Shown: positions 60,225 to 64,000 of the stretch, in pieces
Layout of the letters: each line of letters starts with the position of its first letter
Position numbering within the stretch: position 1 is the stretch's first letter
Assembly: GCF_036321535.1 (NCBI RefSeq)
Contig: NC_087438.1
Coordinates: forward strand, 248,001 to 312,000
From: Camelus dromedarius
Lineage: Eukaryota
Direction: 5' to 3'
DNA length: 64,000 nucleotides
The notes under the pieces: model-generated
Seen by the model: the letters and a program-made list of their open reading frames with translations, nothing else
What the model was told of the DNA's origin: nothing
Databases searched by the model: none
Program-made: the position numbers and the translations under genes

Positions 60225-62360
60225 GGTGACATGATCATCTGAGTAGGAAATCCCAAAGAATCAACCCCAAACTCCTGGAACTAACGCGTGATGACAGCAG
60301 GGCCGTGGCACCGCCTGCTTTCCTGTAAACCAGCAGTGAGCACATAGAATTAGAAGTCTGACGCTGGCACCGAAAAACCACACTCAGCATAAACCTAACA
60401 AAATACGTGCAGGACGTATATGAGGAAAACTTCTAAACCTGGATGAAAGAAATCAAAGAAGATCGAAGTAAATGGAGAGGTATCTGCACTCATGAGCAGG
60501 AGGACTCAGTGGTCCAGACGTCAGGCCTTCCCAGCACAACCCCTGGATACAACCACTCCCAGTGAAAAACCCCAGCAAGTGATTTTAAGTGAATATCGAG
60601 AAACTGATTCTATTTATTATTATTACTGTTTTTTTTGAATGGAGGTACTGGGGATTGAACCCAAGGCCTCCTGCATGCTAAGCATGAGCTCTACCACTGA
60701 GCTGCACCCGCCACCACCAAGGAACCGATTCTAAAGTTCACACGGGGAGGAGACAAAAGACCCAGGGCACTGGACACAACACTGAGGGAGAGGAACAGAC
60801 CTGGAGGACTGACACTGCCCGGCCTCAGGACTGACTGGAGCCACAGCAGTGGGGCCAGGGTGGTGCCGGTGAGAGAACAGACGGGCACAGCGGGACGGAA
60901 CAGAGAGCCCAGAAGCAGCCCTCTAAGCGCGGACCACTGACCTCCGGCAGAGGAGCGAAGGCAACGCCGCGGGGCAGGGACGGTCCTCCCAGCATGCGGT
61001 GCTGGAGGAGCTCACGTCCACGTGCCGGAGACGAACGGAGACTCAGACCTCACCCCCGCCCCCCCAGACAACTCAAAGCGGATCACGGGCCTCAGTGTGA
61101 AACGTGGAACTATGAACCTCCCAGAAGACACGATGGGAGAAAGCCGTGGTGGCCCTGGGTCTGGTGGTGAGTTTTCAGACACGGCACCAAAAGCATGCTC
61201 TGTGAGAGACAGAACTGATAAGCCAGGGTTTGCTAAAATTACTGAAGTGTCTGTGGAAGCCACTGCTCAGCGAAGGAGCAGACAAGCCAGAAGGGGGAGT
61301 TATTTGCAAAACACACATCTGATAAAGGTTTGTATCCAAAATTTACAAAGAACTCTTAAAACTCAATAAGGAAACAACCCAATTAAAAAGGGGGCCAAAA
61401 TCTAAACAGACATGTCGCCAGGGAGGATGAACAGACAGCACTCAGCACGGGAAGAGACGCTCACACCAGGTCTCAGTGAACGAGGACGGGCACAGCCAGG
61501 CGCCCTCCTCCACCGGGGTCGCCGAAGTCCAGGCACTGGCAGCACCAGTGGCTGGTGAGGAACCCTCGTCACTGCTGCAGGGAGCGCAGAGTTGGGCAGC
61601 CCTTCTGGGAGAGCCTGACAGCTTCTCCAAAACCAAATGCCCTCTCGCCATACGATCCCACGATCATGCCCCTTGGTATTTGCCCAAATGAGTCAAAAAC
61701 TTACAACCACACAAAAACCTGCACACAGAGGACTCTAACGGCTTTGCTCATCCTTGCCAAAACTTGGAAGCAACCAAGATGTCCTTAAGTACCTGGATGG
61801 ATATATAACCTGTGGTCCATCCAGACAGTGGGATGTTATTCAGCACTAAAAAGAAATGTTATCAAACACTTGAAAAAACATGGGGGAACCTTAAATGCAC
61901 GTTACTAAGTGAAGGAAGCCCATCTGAAAAGACTCCATCCTGCAGGAGTCTAACTATGCAACACTCTGGGAAAAGCAAAGCTGTGGAGTCAGTAAAAGAA
62001 CCGGCGGTTGCCAGGGGGTGAAGGGAAGGATGACGGGGGCCACAGGGGGTGTAGGGCAGTGAGACGACCCTGTATGACACCACGATGGGGGACACACGTC
62101 ATCAGACAGCTGTCCAAACTCACAGACTGCGCTACAGCAAGAGGACTTCAGTGTTAACTACGGATTTCAGTTAATAATAATGTATCACTGCAGGTCCAGC
62201 AACTGAAGCAACGACCGGCACAGCGCAGGACGCTAGCAGGGAGCCTGCAGGGGTGGGGAGGGGGCGAGCACAGAGAACTCTCTGGACCGCCTGCTCAGTT
62301 ACTCTGTAAATCTGCAATGTCACTAAAAATACTCAGCTTACTAACTTTTAAAAATAAAAC
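60225..62360 (+). mobile_element. 5'-truncated old L1 (ORF2 3' half plus 3'UTR), degraded
   Basis: gacatgatcatc..gaaatcccaaagaatcaac (DMI..ENPKES), atgaaagaaatcaaagaagat..aaatggaga, aaacttggaagcaaccaagatgtcc, an L1M 3'UTR and an A-rich end. Confidence 0.88.
60613..60717 (-). mobile_element. tRNA-derived SINE (Vic-1 type) nested in the L1
   Basis: Minus strand CAGCTCAGTGGTAGAG...GGTTCAATCCCCAGTACCTCC plus A-rich tail; degenerate TSD aaactgattcta / gaaccgattcta. Confidence 0.88.
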
Positions 62361-64000
62361 AGCATCTCTGAGGCTGTAGTATGTGCTCACCTGGAAGGTG
62401 TGCCTTGCGCTGGGATGTGGCTTTAGGAGCCAGGCCAGGGACAGAAGTGACATATTTAAGGACAGAGGTGGGAGGCTGGTGGGTGGGCAACACCCGCTGT
62501 TCAAAGGGAGGGCCTGGCGCTGTCAGCCTGTAGCTTCATGCCAGCGTTAACTCTCTGTTCTGATTCTGCTGGGCTGACACTATGGGAAGGTTTTGCCGGA
62601 TTTAAACAAACAAAAGTCCTACTTTTTACCACGAAGGGTGTTGTTGCCGCTCGCCCACAGGGAAGGGGTCCACTAAACAGAACCCTGAGGCTCAGGGTCC
62701 TGGACGCCAGCACGGGAGGGGCAAGGTGCCCATGCAGGAGGAGGAGGCGCAGAGGGCCAGATGCCAAGGGGAGCATGTGCGGGGGTGAGCAGGGAAGCGC
62801 CATCTCTAGAAACTGGCTCTGGCAGCTCCAGCAACGGTCCGCTAGGAAGAGGCCTGAGTGACCCTTCCCTCAGAGTTTCCAGCCTGTGACACACGCTGTG
62901 GGGGATCTGGGAGCTTGGTTCCCTTAAGACTTGGGCAGAGAAGACCTCCCTGGGGAGGAAGTCCTGCCTGCAGCACAGCAGCCTGGGCGCCCGTCCTCCC
63001 TGCTCTGACACAGCCTCCCCACAGCCGCCCCACCCAAGGCCCTCCAAGGACGGGAGCACGACGTGAGGAGGGAGCCCTAAGGTCTCCACCAACTCTGTGA
63101 TGCCCCTCCCCGCCACGGCGCCCATGCACCCGTCGTGGGCCCCGTCGTGGGCTACAGGAGTGGCTCTGATCCGGGGAGGGTGGGCTCGGGCCCGGGCTGT
63201 GGGGGCAGGCACACGCCCCTGATCCCCTGGATGCGGTGGGGCACGGCTGTGAGGCAGAGGACTTTGCTCCTGGAGACCAGACGACTCCTCTCTTCCTCCC
63301 GTCTGGCTTTAACCTCCCACAGTCAGGCATAGGGCCGTAGTTCGGGCTCGTGCAGGTGGCGGGGCTGGAACACGATGGCCCCGAGCTCCCTGGGGGCTGC
63401 TGCCCTCAGATGTGGCCCCCGCAGGCGCAAGGCTGGGGCCAGGCTTCTGCCAGGACAGAGCACCGGCTGCGCGTCCTTCCTGCTCCTCTCCTGGGCTGCG
63501 CCAGGGCCCCTGAGAGTCTGCTCGGTTCTGTTGGCGCCAGCATGACTTGGGGGTAGCAAGCGGCCCGGGAAGGCACTCATCCGGCTTTTAGGCAATAGAT
63601 TCAGCTCACTTACACTGAAAGGAGTCTTCAGATCTCAAGAAAATCAAGATTATAAACGGAAAGCCGGCTGGAGGTGCTGTTTGCATGCCGGCTTCCTGGG
63701 CCGGGCGCCCTCAAGGGCACGGTGGGGGTCAGGGTGGGGGTGGGGGTGCGGCACAGAGACAGATCCTCTGGTCTTCTCCCCTGCACCTGCTGGGGGACCA
63801 GGGGAGGTGGGTGTTGGGAAGAGGGTCCCAGAGCACTGGGCCGGGAGCAGCTTTCCTGACCCTGAGCTGGTGGTAGGGGTGGGACTGGCTCTCCTGGTCT
63901 GGTGAAAAGAGTAGGTCCGTGTCCCTGGGCAGCCAGTGTCTGCCCATCCTGCACCTGCCAGTGTCCTCCATGGGGGCGCGTGGGTAAGCCAGAGGGGGTG

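Overview
GC-rich mammalian genomic DNA, most likely a camelid (two tRNA-derived Vic-1-type SINEs), syntenic with the AHRR-EXOC3-SLC9A3 block of human 5p15.33. It holds three genes. (1) The last six coding exons and 3'UTR of AHRR on +. (2) The complete EXOC3 (Sec6) gene on +, with a CpG-island promoter, a non-coding exon 1 and 12 coding exons that join to 2238 nt (745 aa + stop). (3) Exons 2-17 of SLC9A3 (NHE3) on -, with exon 1 beyond the window end. All introns are GT-AG and phase-consistent. The rest is intron or intergenic DNA with old L1, L2, MIR, MER58 and LTR-element remnants, SINEs and simple repeats. Nearly all other ORFs in the track are chance ORFs of GC-rich DNA. I found no CRISPR array, RNA gene or new protein-coding gene, and I cannot support a wholly new biological system. 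The strongest leads are regulatory: an inverted repeat of about 160 bp bracketing SLC9A3 exon 10; a PPxY (Nedd4-2-binding) motif in a non-primate NHE3; an out-of-frame uORF whose stop overlaps the EXOC3 ATG; a terminal SLC9A3 intron whose retention leaves the protein unchanged; an orphan CpG island and a candidate poison exon in AHRR; and strongly GC-shifted L1 fossils. Comparisons with human or rodent orthologs are from memory and need alignment.
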